Assembly: GCF_028641065.1 (NCBI RefSeq)
Contig: NC_073407.1
Span: 20,150,001-20,214,000, forward strand
Origin: Leucoraja erinacea
Taxonomy: Eukaryota
DNA length: 64,000 nucleotides
Reading direction: 5' to 3'
The notes under the pieces were generated by a model that was given only the letters and a program-made list of their open reading frames with translations, made no database searches and had not been told where the DNA came from. The translations under genes were made by a program, and so were the position numbers. Shown piece by piece: positions 1 through 16,000 of the stretch (position 1 is its first letter; every line of letters starts with the position of its first letter).

Positions 1-983
1 ATTTGTATATCAACAGTTGCTTTTAATCAAAAGCTGGATAATATTGGTAGAAAATGTAAAGGAAACTGTAGATGCTGGAAATAAAACCAGAAAATGCTAG
101 AAATACTCAACAGGTTAAGCAGCAGCCGTGGAAAGAGAAATAGTTAACATTTTCTGTCCAGGACCCTTTATTAGATCTGAGTTTCAGCATTTTCTGTTTC
201 ATGATATAACTGAGAGGTGCTTCATCGCGAGGAGTTGTGTCTTCTACACACACAGCAATGCCCACCTCCAATTATTGTAAGCTGACATTACACATTCCAC
301 CCAACACTACAAAGGGGACACGTAATTATGTTCCTGTTGCTTCAACCCAAATCTGATGGATTTACTACCAAATTTCGTGGAATACCCATTCCTCACACTG
401 TCTATCTAGTCTGTGAATTTTGTAATCTCAGGATTTGAGATTACAAAAATCTGCCGATGCTTGCAGATTTCAGCATTCTGAGACATAGCTGTCCATGTGA
501 AACACGCAGGCTCTGGAAATTCAAATAGACTGACCAATGACCAAGAAATTAAAAAGATCCCAAATGGGTTTTGAAACGAGATTGCCAAGCACTGAGATGC
601 TGCCAGCAACTTTAATAAGGCAGGTTACACAAAAAAGCTGGAGAAACTCAGCGGGTGCAGCAGCATCTATGGAGCGAAGGCAAATGAGTTCTAGTCTGAA
701 TATGTCTGCCAATTTGCGAGTAGCTTTATGAGCTTAACCTTTTCCTGATGTTGTATTGTAATTCAACTTATTTGCGTTTGGATCCTTGGAATAACTAGTG
801 CAAGATTTGTCTTATGATGCTACGGTGTCCCTTGCAGTGTAATGTTAAAAGCTGAACCACTGCACCATGATAAAATGGAAGAATCAGAATGAAACCTGTC
901 TGGACTGCAACCTCCCGATACAAACTCTGGCTCAAAGTGCTTTGTATGGGACATGTGGTCCTATCTTTGAGAGTTTCACTTAC

Positions 984-1086
984 TTTGCCATCTCTTTGGT
1001 CTCTGATCTAGCTGCGTCACTCTCGATCACACCCTTCAGCAGTTCAATTCCATTCTCTTTTATCAACAATGTGCAGTATTTCTCAG
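984..1086 (-). CDS. ZER1: ZER1 coding exon 14
   Basis: (P)EKYCTLLIKENGIELLKGVIESDAARSETKEMA; AG acceptor, GTAAGT donor. Confidence 0.92.
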
Positions 1087-4000
1087 CTGAAGATTTAAAT
1101 TAAAAAGTGTTAGTTTACAAGCTGCTTTCAGCTCAAATTTAGCATCTAAATTTCTGATCCAACATTGTACTTCTTTTTTAAAAAGTTATTAAAATGTTTT
1201 TATTCCCTAAAATATGTGCATCAAATTCAACAACTGGATTGTTTGATTGGAGAGAGGAGAGGGGACGGGGAGGGTGAGATCAGAGGCAGCATTGAGAACT
1301 GCACAGTTGAACATTTCCCTTCTCTTCTTTCATTTGTGGGACACATTATTCTGACAATTTCACAGACCATATTTTCCTAGCACATTCTACTGTACTGCTA
1401 CTATATTAACAGCACAGACATGACTGATTGAACACACTGTGTTATTCAACACGTATCTTACAATTTAGGAACACCTCCAAGTCTGGTGTGAATTATGCAA
1501 TTTACTCTTAATAACTCAGCATTTCATATTTTAAGACGAGTCGCAGGAATGTTATTAGATAAGATCTGACTGCTCACTGATATAGGTTTTATGAAACACC
1601 TTAGTGGAAGGAAAGAGAGTTAGAGATAGAATTTCAGAACTTCAGTTAAAGACACAACAGCCGGTGGGAGGATGAAGAACTTCAGGGTGTAGAGACACTG
1701 GAACTGGATCTGAAAGGTGTACATTGGGGATGTTACAGAAATTAGAAGAATCATGGCCATGGAAGGATCTTCAAATAAAGATTAAAATCTTCTTAGTACT
1801 GTAATGGTGATGTTTTTGAACTAGTTGTTCAGAACTCTGGAATCCCATCATGAATATTCGTTTGGGAAATTAAATTCCATTGCTATTGAAATCCTTACCT
1901 ATCCTGCCGTGAACGTTAGAAACATAGAGATACGTCACTAAATGTTACTTACGATAGACTGATGTGAGGTTAAAGAGTGCCCAGGTTGCCCAGTGCTGGC
2001 TGACTGGAGCTACTCGCTGAGGAAGAAGGCGCAAGATTGGCTCAAATGATCTGTGGGAGAGAAGGATCATCAGCTCAAAAAGTCGTGTGCTCAGAATATT
2101 GTCATTGCCGTAAACATCCCATCACTGGCTGACTAGTCCATCACTAACTCTCCAACCAGCAGACGCTGTGACGGTAATAGAACATTCCTTAACTAACACA
2201 CACTTCACCACCTCCCCTTTATTATGAGCAAAGTGAAAAAATAATTAATTTGTCAAGTGGATATTTAGCCAAGTCAAAACATACTGTCACTGGATAAAAC
2301 ATCCATCGCTGAACAAAAAGAGTTTCCAGTGGCCAAAACAACTCTTGCTCTTGCCATAAACGTTCAACAGAACACACAACAGCTAAAGCACTGCTGGTCA
2401 AAACAGTCTGTACAGTTGACTTGACTTGACTCCTGCCATTGGCCAACACAACAGAATGATCTTCGCAAAGCTAATGACGCACAATCCCACTGTCCTCAGC
2501 CACCCGCACCCATCCTTAGCTCATGCCACAGTGAATGATTCCACTTCTCACCTGTAATTAATGTTTCTTCTTGAGTTCTCATCCCAGCTGGAGATTGCTC
2601 GCCACATTCGATCCATCACTTCGACCCGGCGAGGTTCTGCGATGGTCCAGGCTTCGTCTCCATCAAATATGATATGCGACAGTACTCCGCAGGCATTGTA
2701 CGACACCTCGATCCCATCGGCATTGCTTTCTAGGAGACGGCTGTGAAAGAAACATACAATAACATTCAATTTGTTTGAGGGAAGAGTGTGTGGATGGGGA
2801 TGGGAAGAGAAAGGACAGAGAGGACTTCCCTCTCATTCTTACCGAGTAAAGTGCTCACTAGCAGATTGGAAATCCAGAAATAATTTATAAATAATAAATT
2901 TGTTTACAATGGATTAAAGTAATACAGAGCTATTCACTGTCTGATGCATCTTCACGGTTTATCGTTCAAACATTAACCGGATTAACAAATCTAGGGGATA
3001 ATATTTGTTCAATATCTTCCCCTCTCCTTCACTTAACATGTCTAGTTTATGAAGCTATAATTTGATTATTTTAGCCTTACTTTCATTCTGATAGATCTGA
3101 GCTATACTCCTTCCAAGGCTATATCCTGGATTATCTTAATCTAATTTGATTGGTATTGGAAAATACGCTGGTCTCATTAGCCTCCTAGCCGGCACCATAG
3201 GTTAAAATGATTCCCCCAAACTTCTCCCATCCTCTTAACTCTGCAAGGACCACTTTCTGTTCTTCTTGTACAAAGTGGGATCAATAATAATATAGAAAAG
3301 AACAAGTGTGAAGGCAGCTCGTGTCCTGCACTGAAGGAACAAATGGATCAGACAGGCCCCATTTCCTAACTGACTCTAATTCAGTGAGTTCTCAACAACA
3401 TAGGCAGGATTGTAGCCACTGGATATGAAAATGTCAGACTGATCAGTTAAGTGGAGAGATTGGAGAAGTCAAGCTTAGTCTCCTCTCTCCTCAGCGGGTT
3501 ACTATGAGATTCAGGTGCCCAAAATCATGAAAAGATTTTGATACAATAAGTAGGGAGAAACACCCTCCACTGGCAGGACAGGCAGTAACCCAAGGTCATG
3601 CACAGATGGTAATTGCCTAAAGAACCAGAGGGAGGATAAAGATTTATTTTTAAATGTGCGAGTTATAATTAGGAATGGATGACATGAAATGATGATGGAA
3701 GTTGATTTAATATTAACATTCAAATGGTATATGCCTATGGAGATGTAAATGAAAATGAGCAGACTATGAGATACAAGTGGGCAGATGTGGGAGGAGTTGA
3801 AAAAAAAGGGCAAATAACTGAAACAACTTCATAATTTGCAAGCAAATTATTTGTTCCAACTGTTCCTTCAAAACAGACCTGAAGACGCTGATAAACTGTG
3901 TGGTCATTAGGTACGGCCGAAGCTGTTTGACCTCAGCAACATTTCCCAAGAGTCCCAGCATGTTCCGGTGTAATTCTTGTTTTCCTTGGAATTCCTAGGA

Positions 4001-7000
4001 TTAAGGAAGGTTAAAGAATGAGGAGAAAAGTAGGATGCATTATATATGGATAATCAATGTTTGGGGAATTCTAACTTGCTCCTAGACCTTGGGCAGCAAA
4101 CACTGGGCTCCTAAATCACAACACTCCACAGTTGAGCTCCAAGATCCTACACCAACAAACAATGGTCTCCAGTAACTTCAATTGTTATTTGTTCACAAGA
4201 TGTGACCAATACTGGCAGTGCCAGCATTTATGGCCAATTCTTTCATGTATCACAGAATAATTTCTGATGTATCGCCTTAAAATATTACAGACCTGCTGAA
4301 GATACACCCAGTGCTGTTGGGTAGAGGTGGCACACTGCCGTAGCTGGTGGAGCCGCTGCCTCAAAGCACCAGAGACCTAGGTTTGATCGTGACCTTAGGG
4401 TGCTGTCTGTGCGGAGATTGCATGTTCTCAATATGACTGCATGGGATTCCTCCGGGTGTTCCCGTTTCCTCCCACATTCCAAAGACGTGCAGGTTTGTAG
4501 GTTAATTGGCTTCTGTAAACTGCCTTTAGTGTGTAGTGTGTAAAAGTGGTCTACAGCTCACAACATCTGTGCCAAACATGATGTGATGACCATCACTTAT
4601 CTATCTGTGCATAATCCATGCCGCTCCATGCATATTGAACATGCACAAGGAAGTACACAACCTCCAGGAAAGAACTTACGTTCAAACACTCAAGAAACAA
4701 CTTCATTCCATTGCAGTTTAGGAACATCTCGCAGTTGTCAGGAGTCTCATCTGTAATGTTCCACAGTGCACTCCATGAAAACTCCATTACTTGGTCACAC
4801 TGCACAAAGAAAGAGAGAGATGTACATGGGGCATGTTAGAAACATTTCACATTTTACGTTTTCGTTCACAAATATGCTGAACATTGTTCAATATAATTCA
4901 CTATTGGAAGTGAAAAGAAAATTATTTCAGGCTCAAAGTCTCCAATAAAAATAGAAAACTCTGTGAACACAATGCTAATCACGTCCTGTATATAGAAAGA
5001 GGAACAGAATCAACTTTCCACTGTTCTTGATGAAAGGTTTAACTATTTATACACTTTCCACCAATGTTACTCAACCTGCTTAGTGTTTTCTGCTACGGTA
5101 TTTTCTAATTGAGCAACTGACTCAGGGGTTGATCACAAAAAGTACAAAAACACATTGGATACTGTTATATGTGCCTTAAATTTCTCCTAAATGTTTGATT
5201 GAGGACCATTTCAGAATGAAAGTGAGCTTGAAGTGTAGCACATGTGGGATGTGGATAACAGCTGAAGTCCATTCTCTCTTCAATCAATTTTTGCCCAAGT
5301 TTGCAATTACTGGAAGGCGCCCACATATTTTTGGTCATGTTTTTTTCTGTTCTTATTGGTGCCAAGCTGTCATGATCGGCTGCATCATTTGAGCTTTATC
5401 AGCCACTGTTATGCAGTCTGGTTAATGAACTAGTTACATTTGTCAGACTTGCAGCAGAACTGGATGGCACCTTGATCCACAAGCTCACCCATTGCCACTA
5501 TCTATAGTTTAATGTGAAAAACACCTAACTGGGAGAAACAAACTGCAGTGCCCAGTGAAGCATAGGTTAATTGCCAGCATCCTCCCTAGGTGAGGAGAAA
5601 CCACTGGGGAAGAAAGAACAGTGCTTTCAGTCTTGGCTCAGTGGGCAGCATCTTCATGTCCAAGATAGAAGCTTGAGTGTTTAAGTTTCATTCTGATAAC
5701 GAAAGTATCAGAGTATGGTGCAACATTTAACACATGGTCAATTATTGCAGAAGTACTGTGATGTCAGATGAACCTTATAGTAGGCGAGTCATGATAATGA
5801 GGTGGATGATACCGATTGCAGACATTGGAGTTTGTCTCTGGAACTGTTGCACTAAAATGCTGAGAACTATACTCTACACTCTATCTTTCCCTTTGCTCTA
5901 CCAATTGTACTTGAATTTGCCTTGATTGTATTTTCTGTGGTATTATCAGATTTGATTAGATAGCATGCAAAACAAAGCTTTTCACTATACCTCGGTAAAC
6001 ATAGCAATATTAAATCTTAACCTAAAGGTTTTATGATACCATGCAGACTAACAATATTTAAACCTCAATCAACATCACTAAACGGATAATATGGTTATAA
6101 ATGTTTGTTGGCCCTTATTGTTTGCAAATATTCATCCACTTTTCCTACATTACAACTGCGACTTGATAGGCTATAAAATGCTTTAAAAGGTTATGAAACG
6201 CATTCAACAAATGCAAATTTTTCCTTGAACTTACCACTTTGTCTGTCAGTTTCTTTTGAATCAATTTCAACATTGTCTGAAACATGGATTAAAATATGTC
6301 AGAAACATAGTTCACGAGGTCCAATGTAAAACATATTTGAACATTTGGTATTCATTCTGCTTTCTAAAAGTAAATAGTTTAGAGATCTTCTGAACCCAAA
6401 TTAACCATCACTCCAGTCCAAACTATTCAACCCTGTGACCATTGGGAGTGCCAAAGCATTAAATGCACAAGTAGCTTATATTCCATGGAAAGCCTGCTGA
6501 GAGCTCTAGAAATTAATCTCAAAAGTTGATTCTTAATGGAATATGAGTAAAGAATTAAGAACTTTTTTGCATCTGCCAAAAAAAATAATAAATGTTTGCA
6601 GCGAAGAAATAGGTGATTCAACCTGACCACCTCTACTATAGTAGCTGACTGCTCATAACTGGATTGTTTCAGTTTGTTCTTCATTAATCGCTTTGTGCAT
6701 TTCCTATAATGGTGATCACCTTTGTAAATTCTTTACTGGCTGTAAAGCACTTTGGCTCAGGTACAACTTGTTGTGATGATGTTGGATTTTGTAGATTAAA
6801 TAAAGACAGAGTACAACTTAGAACATCCCATTATGTCAAAGTGTTTAAGAAGGAACTGCAGATGCTGGAAAATCGAAGGTAGACAAAAGTGCTGGAGAAA
6901 CTCAGCGGGTGCCGCAGCATCTAAATGCTCCTGCACCCGCTGAGTTTCTCCAGCACTTTTGTCTACATACAATTATGTCACACTTCTATCCACCAACCTC

Positions 7001-10000
7001 CCCACCCTAACATACTCCACCAGCATAGTTAAGACTGTTACGATGACACAACTGTACAGTGCTTCTCCCAATCCTCATTCTCACCATACTTACCGTAACA
7101 AAGCCCATTTTGCCTACAGCTTCCTTGTGGTCATTGTCAACTTGGCAGACCAGTGCATTGCAAAGATGTACCGCTATTCGCTGAATAGATTCATCCTGCC
7201 GTGTCTGATTGAGGATGCCGAGGAGCAGCTCATTCACCCGCCGGTACTGGAATTCCAGCTCTTCCGGAATACTGAAGTTACAGAGCGTCAAGCAGCAATT
7301 CCGTTGTACCTACAAAGCCAGGGCGGAACCACAAGATGGAGTTAGGGAAACGAGTGCCACGGAGCTCACCATACACATTAACAGCAAGAAAAAGCTCATT
7401 TTAGAATCAGAGCCAGCGTCAGACAGTGTTGAAACAGGGTCTTTGGCCCAACTTGTCCATGTAGCCCCAACTAAGCTAGTCCCATTTGCCTCTATACCCA
7501 CCACCCACTGGGTGAATTTTGTGGGAGCAAAGTTCATGGGTGAGGATTGGAGGGAGAATGATGCCAAACAAAAAAAGCCTGCCTGGTTTTACAAGACTGG
7601 GGAATCAGGGGCAAGAAAGACATTTGGAGGAAGGGGAAGGTGCACAGGGAGCTCCCACAAGAATAGCCAGAATTCAGCCATCAATCTACAGCACTGTATA
7701 TCACTGTAAATCCTCAGAGACTAACTCAACTGAGTAAGTATTTATACTGAAGGGAATTGTAATATCTGGCATACATAATGAAGAGCTCAAGTCTCACACA
7801 GTTTACAGACGTGCATAGGTGTTGAATTAAGGTATATTTCATACCGTCACCTCGTGGTAGGACTCCATACCATTCAGCACAACCTGGATAACCTGGCGAC
7901 GGAGCTTAATGCTCTGTTCTTGCCGGTAGTCAGAGCCAGTCAGGTAGAATAGTGCTGCGCTGCCCGTCACCTGAACACTTTTGTCAAATTTGTGATACTT
8001 CAGTGCAGAGATCACCAGCTGCAAAAAGAGAAAAGATTTTCAAAACATTCTCCTTCTATCTATTTTATGACTAGCTTTGCGGTCAGTACATCTCTTAATG
8101 ATGCTTTCCACATGTAATTATCCCTTCATGTTTTTAATGGAGATTCACACTCCCACCGTTTGCTTGATCATCTTTAGGGTTCATAGAGGAAACACCTAGC
8201 ATTTCTCCTTAATTGGTACAAGGTTTTATCCTGTCTCTTTCGGGGAGATGGTCAGACTGTAGTGTGGGTGATTAGGGATATTGCTGCATGCCTTAGCTTT
8301 CCCCTCCATCCTCTATCACACAGAAAGTTAAAAGCTAAATTCAATATCATCTAATCACTGCCTCCCAATTTATCTTGCTATATTTTACTGAGAAAGTACT
8401 GCGCTACTGGAGGTGACATCTGTCAGATAAGACATTGCACAGAGGCAGTTTCCCCACAGGGGAAAATGGTTCATGTAAAGACATAACTAATGTACCGAAC
8501 ATGATTGCATTCAGAATCTAAAGGAGGTAGTATTTGAGCAAAATGCTGGAGGTCTGTAAAGCTATAAAATCAGTCAGACTAATTTATTTTAAGCAGATTG
8601 CCCCTGGAGCAAAATAAAACATCAAAAATTTGACTAAGCACCAGGCCTGTCTTCCAGATGCAAGCAGCGATTTCTTTACATTCAATAGTTTTAAAATTGT
8701 CACCTTCCATTTCATGCACTCTTCCTTACTTTTGACTTTTGAACCTTACCCTTAGGGCACGCAGTGGCTGGTCACATTGTTCAATACGTGCGATGTCAAA
8801 GAGATGATTTATTGCACGTGAAGCAATCTCTGGTCGATATTCTGTATAAGCCTCAATAGCATTCAGGATTTGATCCTCATTCGCTTCCCCGGTTATCTAG
8901 TAACAGTAGCAGAACTGTAACACAATCTGCAGATCAATTGTATGAAAAAATTCAAATGGTGCTACAGGCTCCACTATGCTTATCATTGAATGTAAGCAAT
9001 TACAGCTGATCATGTATACACACATTGGCATACAAACACACATGCTTACACGCCCCTAAACTAGCATCTTAACTGATGTTAGAAAGAGCAACCAAGGAAT
9101 GGCAGCCTCACTCACCTTATACGAAGGTATATGAGTTAGATTGCAGAGAGTGGTGTCAAATAATCCCAGGAACTGAAACGACCTATTCAGTGCACGGAAT
9201 GGTTCAATGCTGCTCTTTTGTGGCTCATTACTGAACACATAAAGTAAATAAGATAAATTAGTGTGAAAACTGGCACGGATTTACTAAGTTTCTCAGAAAC
9301 ATTATATACATTGGAAAGCTTTTTTTTTTGCCTCACCCTTACCAACTGATCTTTCACTTTTTAGGTGCTTATTCCTGGAATTCTCTCTTCAAATCTTTTA
9401 ACAGTATCATCATTTACGATGCGCCTCAAACGTACCTCTTTAATTAAGTGATCAGGCACTTACTGTCAATTTTCACCGAATATGGATATTCTCGTGTAAA
9501 GCACCATGAGACGTTTTATATAATAGAGATGTTCTATGTATTGTTTCAAAGTGCAAAATGACAAATGGCTAATTAGATGGTTATATTTATGAAACTATAA
9601 ATTGATTGCTGGCTAGGATCTTGTGAGAACATTCCTGCTCTTTTCCAGTGCCTCCATTCAATCTTCAACTTTCAGTCTCAATAACAGCAACAGGGCATGA
9701 AACTTTGGATCAACCTCTAATCCAAAGGACTGTATCGGACTAGAGTAACCAGCTTGTGCACTCAATAGAGTAGCATCAAACCCAGGACTTTCTGACAGAG
9801 ATGGGAATCTCTGTACATGTAATACGACTCTGGTCATTGTGCAAAGAAGGGTAGGAAGTTCAGAGTGTTTTTGCCGAGCAGATTAACCAAATTGACAGCA
9901 TTGAAACAGGCCCTTTTGGCCAATGCCGACCAAGATGCCGACCTAAGCTAGTCCCATTTGTCTGCATTTTACCCATATCCCTCAAAACCTTTCAGATCCA

Positions 10001-13000
10001 TCTTTTTGTCCAAGTGTCTTTTCAATGGTTATAGTACCTTCCTTCAACTACCTCCTCTGGCTGCTTGTTCTGTATACCCACCCTCTAAGTGAACTGTTTG
10101 TATAATGTGCATACATTGGCTACTGCTCTTGCCTACATACCAATGAATGCCTTTCAGAACTAGTTGGCTGTGAGAGCTAGGTGAAATATAAATCAAAGTT
10201 GCATGATTTTATCTGAGTTTTTTTGCCAGGTGACATATCTACGGTCAATAAAGAAACTTTGGCTTTTGTGATTAAGCCTCAGGTCTCACCTTGCAGGGCC
10301 CAAGGCCTCATCATGACTTGAGATTGCAGAGTTATCCAGCATCAGGTGTCCTGAGATGTCTAACGAGACAAGGTTTTTAAGGTTTTGCACAAAGGCAGTG
10401 AGGACTTTCCGAGTCAGCTTGAATTTGTAAAAACTGGAAGTTCTGTCACGAGAAATGTCTAAGTGTCTGTAGAAGAAATTGAAGCAAGATATTTGACATG
10501 AATGCATTGAGTGACTCATCAGTAACAATAACTTACTCTCTCCCTATCACTCCAGCTTTGTAGTATCTGACTGAGACAGTTAACAGTTTAGTTTATTCTC
10601 ACGTGTACCAAGGTACAGTGAAAAGCTTTTGCTGCGTGCTATCCAGTCAGTGGAAAGACAATATGTAATTACAATTGAGCTATTTAGTGTTTAGATACAC
10701 GATAAAGGAATTATGTTTAGTGCAAGGTAAAGCCAGCAAAGTCCGATCAAGGATAGTCCAACGGTCACCAATGAGGTAGATAGTAGTTCAGGACTGCTCT
10801 CTGGTTGTGGTAGGATGATTCAGTTGATAACAGCTGGGAAGAAATTGTCCCAGAATCTGGAGATGTGCGTTTTCACGCTTCTATACCTTTGGCTTGATGG
10901 GAGAGGGGAGAAGGAGGAGTGGCCAGGGTGCGATGCTGTTGGCCTTGCCGATGCAACGAGGTAAAAATGGAGTCAATGGAACGGAGGTTGGTTTGTGTGT
11001 TAGTCGGGGCTGCATCCACAATTTGCTGCAATTGAGACATGCAGAATATAATGATTCCAGGTCAGATTTCTGATCTGCGTTGACCATGCTTAATTTGCCA
11101 AGAGTAATCCAGAAGCTCCCTCCCTTAGCTTGCCCATACCGACTCATGCAAGTTCAAAGGCAAGTTCTACCGGACCATAATGATGGTCCTATGGAGGCAA
11201 AAGTGGACAAATTAGAATTGCCAATGGCTCTCCTTCAGGATTTAGGCTCCTTGTGTACCTCTCTGGAGGGTCAGTGCATATCATTCACTCTACTTTTTCC
11301 TTGTGAACAGGCAAAGCATGGGCCCACCTTGCAATGAAGAAAAAAAGAACAATAAGTCCATGGTGAAGTTCATTTCTCCATTTGTTTATGGAGGAAAAAA
11401 ATTGACACTTTTGTTAAATTAATTCTGACCTAAAGGCATTAAAGGTGTTAGTAAAGGCCATTGACCCTAATTGCAGGACATAATGTGCTGGACAAGGGTT
11501 ATGGAGACAGAGTGAGACAATGAGGGATAATGAAAATAAGAAAGAAATCCTTACACTTGAGGAATTATTAAATATTGAATATGTGCCAATTACGTTGTGA
11601 AACTCTGGAACTGTTTAATATCTGGTCATGGGTCAAGTGCACGTTTTGACTTGCTTCCTTTCAACTTTTGATCACCTTTTCTACTGATAACCCCCTATAG
11701 AACTCTTTATAACACCAGATGGATTGGTATCTGTCTTACTGGGCTGCAGTTCCCACTCTTCCCTTCACATTATAGGCCCTGGTTCATGGTTCCCAGTGCT
11801 CCCTCGAAACTCACCTGGTTTTGTTTCCTGAAATCCCTAGAAACTTCCCACGCTTCCTTTTAATTAACTTACTGGGTTCGTGAAACAATTTATTACTTTC
11901 ATCTAGAAAAAAAGCGAATTGAACAATTTGAAGAATTAACAGGGATAACATCCAATATTCTGTTAATCCAGTACCAGCAACATTCTAGGCATGCTGGAGT
12001 TTTATTGTACTTCATGAGGCCTGGTAACAATTATTGTCCACTATTTATCATAGTAATTGTTAGGAATGTTGGACTCCATTAAAGGAGCTATTGAATTACG
12101 TTCCACTGTGACTGAGACACAGGGAATGCAACAATTACCATTGGAAGGTTTGAAGATGGGTCCCAACTTGAAATGTCACCCATCCTTTTTCTCCAGAGAT
12201 GCTGCCTGACCCGCTGAGTTACTTAGCACACTGTGTCTATCTTCGGTATACACCAGCATCAGTAGTTCCTTGCTACACAATAAGTTCTGAACTTTGGGCC
12301 ATCATGCAATCATGACCTAGAAAAAAAATAGGTTCCTCTACCTGAGGTTAGTGAGCTGCAGGAGGACCCAGATGTGCTCCTCAGAGAGGTCCATGTTGTA
12401 CAGCACTAATGACCCAAGCCGCTTCTGCCACTGCAGCAAAAACTGGATGTCATTCAGCTGGATCCCAGAGAGGTCGAGTGAGGTCAGAGTAGTCAGTGGC
12501 CGCAGGAGTCGGTCCACGTTCACTCCATCAGTTATATGACCCAGATTGAGAAAGCACAGCCGGTGGAAGCCAGTGAAGGAGAAGTCCTTGACGAGAACCT
12601 GCCGTGAGGGGTTCACCATGCTGTTGTTGTCCCCTTCGCAGCCGCCAGGATTCTCCTCTTCGTAAAAAATGTTATTGCACCCAAATAGGCTGAGTGAAAC
12701 CAGCGTGCTGCGGAAGTTATTCAGAGTCTGTAGGCTTTTGGCAGAGAGTCTATCGCAGTTCACAAGGCGAAGCTCAACGAGATCCTGAAGAACATAGCAA
12801 AACTAAATGTCAGTGGAAGAAGAGTCAGCGAGTCCAGATTACCAAATAAAAATGTTAGCTGCAACTTTACAGTCTGCAATTAGCAAACAAAAAACAGTAA
12901 TCTCATAGAAAAATAAAATGCTGGAAGAACTCAGGGGTCACGTAGCGTCTATGGAGGGAAATGGACAGACGGCATTGCGGGTTTGGACCCTTCTTCAGAT

Positions 13001-16000
13001 ATCATCTATCGATTTCTCTACATGCTGCCTGTCCTGCAGAATTCCAACAATAGTTAATTTTTTACTCAAGGTTCCAGCATCTGCATTCTCTTCAATGTAA
13101 GTTATATTAAAAAAAAACATGGACTAACAGTCCAGAAGCCTGAAACAGGCATCGTGAAGTCTAGGCTATTAATCCAGAATGTTCAAATGCTGCTGTAATA
13201 CTCTGAGAATTTAAAATATGATATTAGGATAAATATCATATAGCAGCAAAAGTGACTATGAGATTGCCTGATTGTCAAAACAATTTCCCTGCTAACGTAC
13301 TCATTCCAGCCCATTCTCTTCCACATCCACAACATGGTTGACTGAACTGTCCTTGAATCTTGCAAGATTCTCGGGCAAAAGGTATAAGAAATAAATTGTG
13401 GCCTTGGCAGGGACTTCCATATCGTAGAATGAATAACTTTAAAATAAAACTTACCCCATAGCTCCTAAAGAACCCCTACTTAGTTTTATTAATACAGTTT
13501 TCAGCATATCTATTGTTAAGTTTAGCTAAACGATACAGCATTGAAACAGTCCTTTAGCTCATCGATACCATGCTGCCAATCACTCATTCACACTAGTTTG
13601 ATGTTATTTCTCATTCCCTCTCTATACACTGGGGGCAATTATTCAGAGGCCAATCAGCCTACAAACCCCTCGTGTCTTTGGGATGTGGGAAGGAGCTGGA
13701 GCATCCCGAAGAAACCCAGGCGGCCACAGAGAAGGTATAAACTCCACACAGTAAGCACCCGAGGTCAGGATAGAACCCGAGTCTCTGGCGCTGTGAGGCA
13801 GCAGCTCTGCCCGCTGCGCCACTTTGCCGCACTGTGCCGTTCTGTTGTCTCACCTTTTTCAGTATGTTTCATATTTTTCATATGGTTTTACACACAGCAA
13901 AAGTGGTCTGCACAGAATGTTCTTAGAAGCTCATACCTACCTCAACCATTTTCAAAACAATATTTGTTCATTAGCAAAATATTAATAGCAGCAGCGAAGA
14001 AATTGTAGTAAAGATTTACAAGGATATGACCAGAATGTAGAAGTTGCAATTATTACAGAGTATGGAAATTCAGTTGTTTTTCTCTGGAAGAAAACAAGGA
14101 TGAATTAAGAAACATAACCTTACTCATGTAACTCATACCTGTTTAGAAAATGCCACCAAGTCCTCATCGTGAATGATATCCTCATGAATCCCCCTCAGGT
14201 GTACATGAGTCAGACGGGTGCTCCGATGGTCTGAGAACAAGCTAAAGAAACTCAAGTGTCCTGGGAAGCTGTTGTCTGTGTTCACTAGGTCCATGTACCT
14301 AGAGGAAGCATTGGGGACAGGATGAGCCTTTTTAAACCAACTCGAGTTCAGAACTGGAAAGATTGATTCAAATGAGGGGTCAGGGAAAACATGGAAAATA
14401 TTTTTTTTCTTGGAACGTCACCATATTTAGTTACAAAATGCAAATTGCCATTATATATTGCTTCACTTCCAACCCATCAGTCTTTCAGCATCTCACTCAA
14501 GCCATCCTCTAAACTAAAATTTCCGCAGCTCAACCTTATACTTTAGCTTTTCTAACATATTCTTATCTATTTTCCTGTTAAATCTACCTGTGATTTTTGC
14601 CTCAACTATTCCATCTAACGGTAAGATCCATAGTTTCATTATTTTCTTATTGGTTGCGTTCTGCTAAGATTTTCGTTTAGATATACAGTATTAGTGACCT
14701 ATGTCAGTTAGCAGCACATTACAGAAGCATCTTTGTAACATAGTTTAATAAATCTGGAGCTCTCTGCATCTAAAAACTCTACAAGTATCTGAGGTTAGAT
14801 AAAGCACGTGAGGCCGAGACCAATAGAATTTGTGGGTAGATACATCAAGAAACCTGGAGCCAAGATGTGAATATTGGGTTGAGATAAAGATCACGCAAGG
14901 TAGATCAGGCTGAATTGTCTCTTCTGCATGCTAGATGGGCTCTTTGGACCTTACTGCCCATAATTACCTTGGTCACTCTTGATTACTTCCTGTTGAATCA
15001 TTTCCAGTTTCTGAAACCACATAAACCTTGAGCCACTCAATCTTGTTCTGCCATCCAACCAGGTCTTGGCCAATCTGCACCTTAACTTCATCCAACTCTC
15101 GTGGTTCCTTACCCATTTAATATCCTTGTCCAACAAGAATCAATTTCAGTTTTTGAAATTATCATCTCACTAGCAGTCATAAAAACTTTTCAGGAGAGTT
15201 AATATAAAAAAACATTTATAAAATGTCTTTTGTTATCATGGGACATTACAAAATACTTTATAGATAAATAAACAGTTTAAGTGTTACTGCTTTGTAATAT
15301 AGGAAATTGGTAGACAATTTGGACAGAGCAAAGCAACGGCATTCCAGATCTTCTCTACCCTAATGTGAAAGTTTGTTTCTTAAAAAGCAGATAGCAACAA
15401 CCGTTGAAGGTAGACCATGGCAATCTTTAATTAAATTGTCAGACGGAAGTGGCGAGATACAATGAGCACAAACGTTGCTCAGCGCTTCTCGGGATCCCAC
15501 TCACAGAACAAAGACGAGTTAGCACAATTATACATTTTTCTTATCAGTAAAACACTCCTACCAAGTCTACATATGACATGACTGAAAGATTCTGTAGCCT
15601 TTCACAAAATGGGAAAGCTGGGTCCAAATCGAGCTCCTCCAATGACAAGCTATTACTTATCTCTGGAGCGTCAGCTATTTTTTAAATCTTGGCTTCTTTA
15701 TGGCCTTGAAGAAGAACATGTTATTACTGCAGGCTGCCATCTTAATGTCTTTATTGAAAAGACAATCTGTCCTCCATATTGTGTTCCATATAATTTACAA
15801 AGTCATTCAGACTTGGCACCGAGCCATTCATTGTTCTACTAGTCCATGCTTTTGTAGAAGAACGACTCCATTTTAGATTTGACTATTAGATTTGACTATT
15901 AGCTCTTTCACTAAGACATTGCCATCCTGACATCGCCATCCTGAATCATCGCTCTGCCTTCCTTCCCCTCCTTTCCAATTTCGTACACAAAACTCACATA

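Noticed and set aside
4325-4400. tRNA genes
   Set aside because: The A/B-box-like heads belong to SINEs; no complete cloverleaf was seen.
7209-7709. 166-aa antisense ORF overlapping ZER1 exon 8
   Set aside because: Shadow frame of a coding exon plus intron; no recognisable domain.
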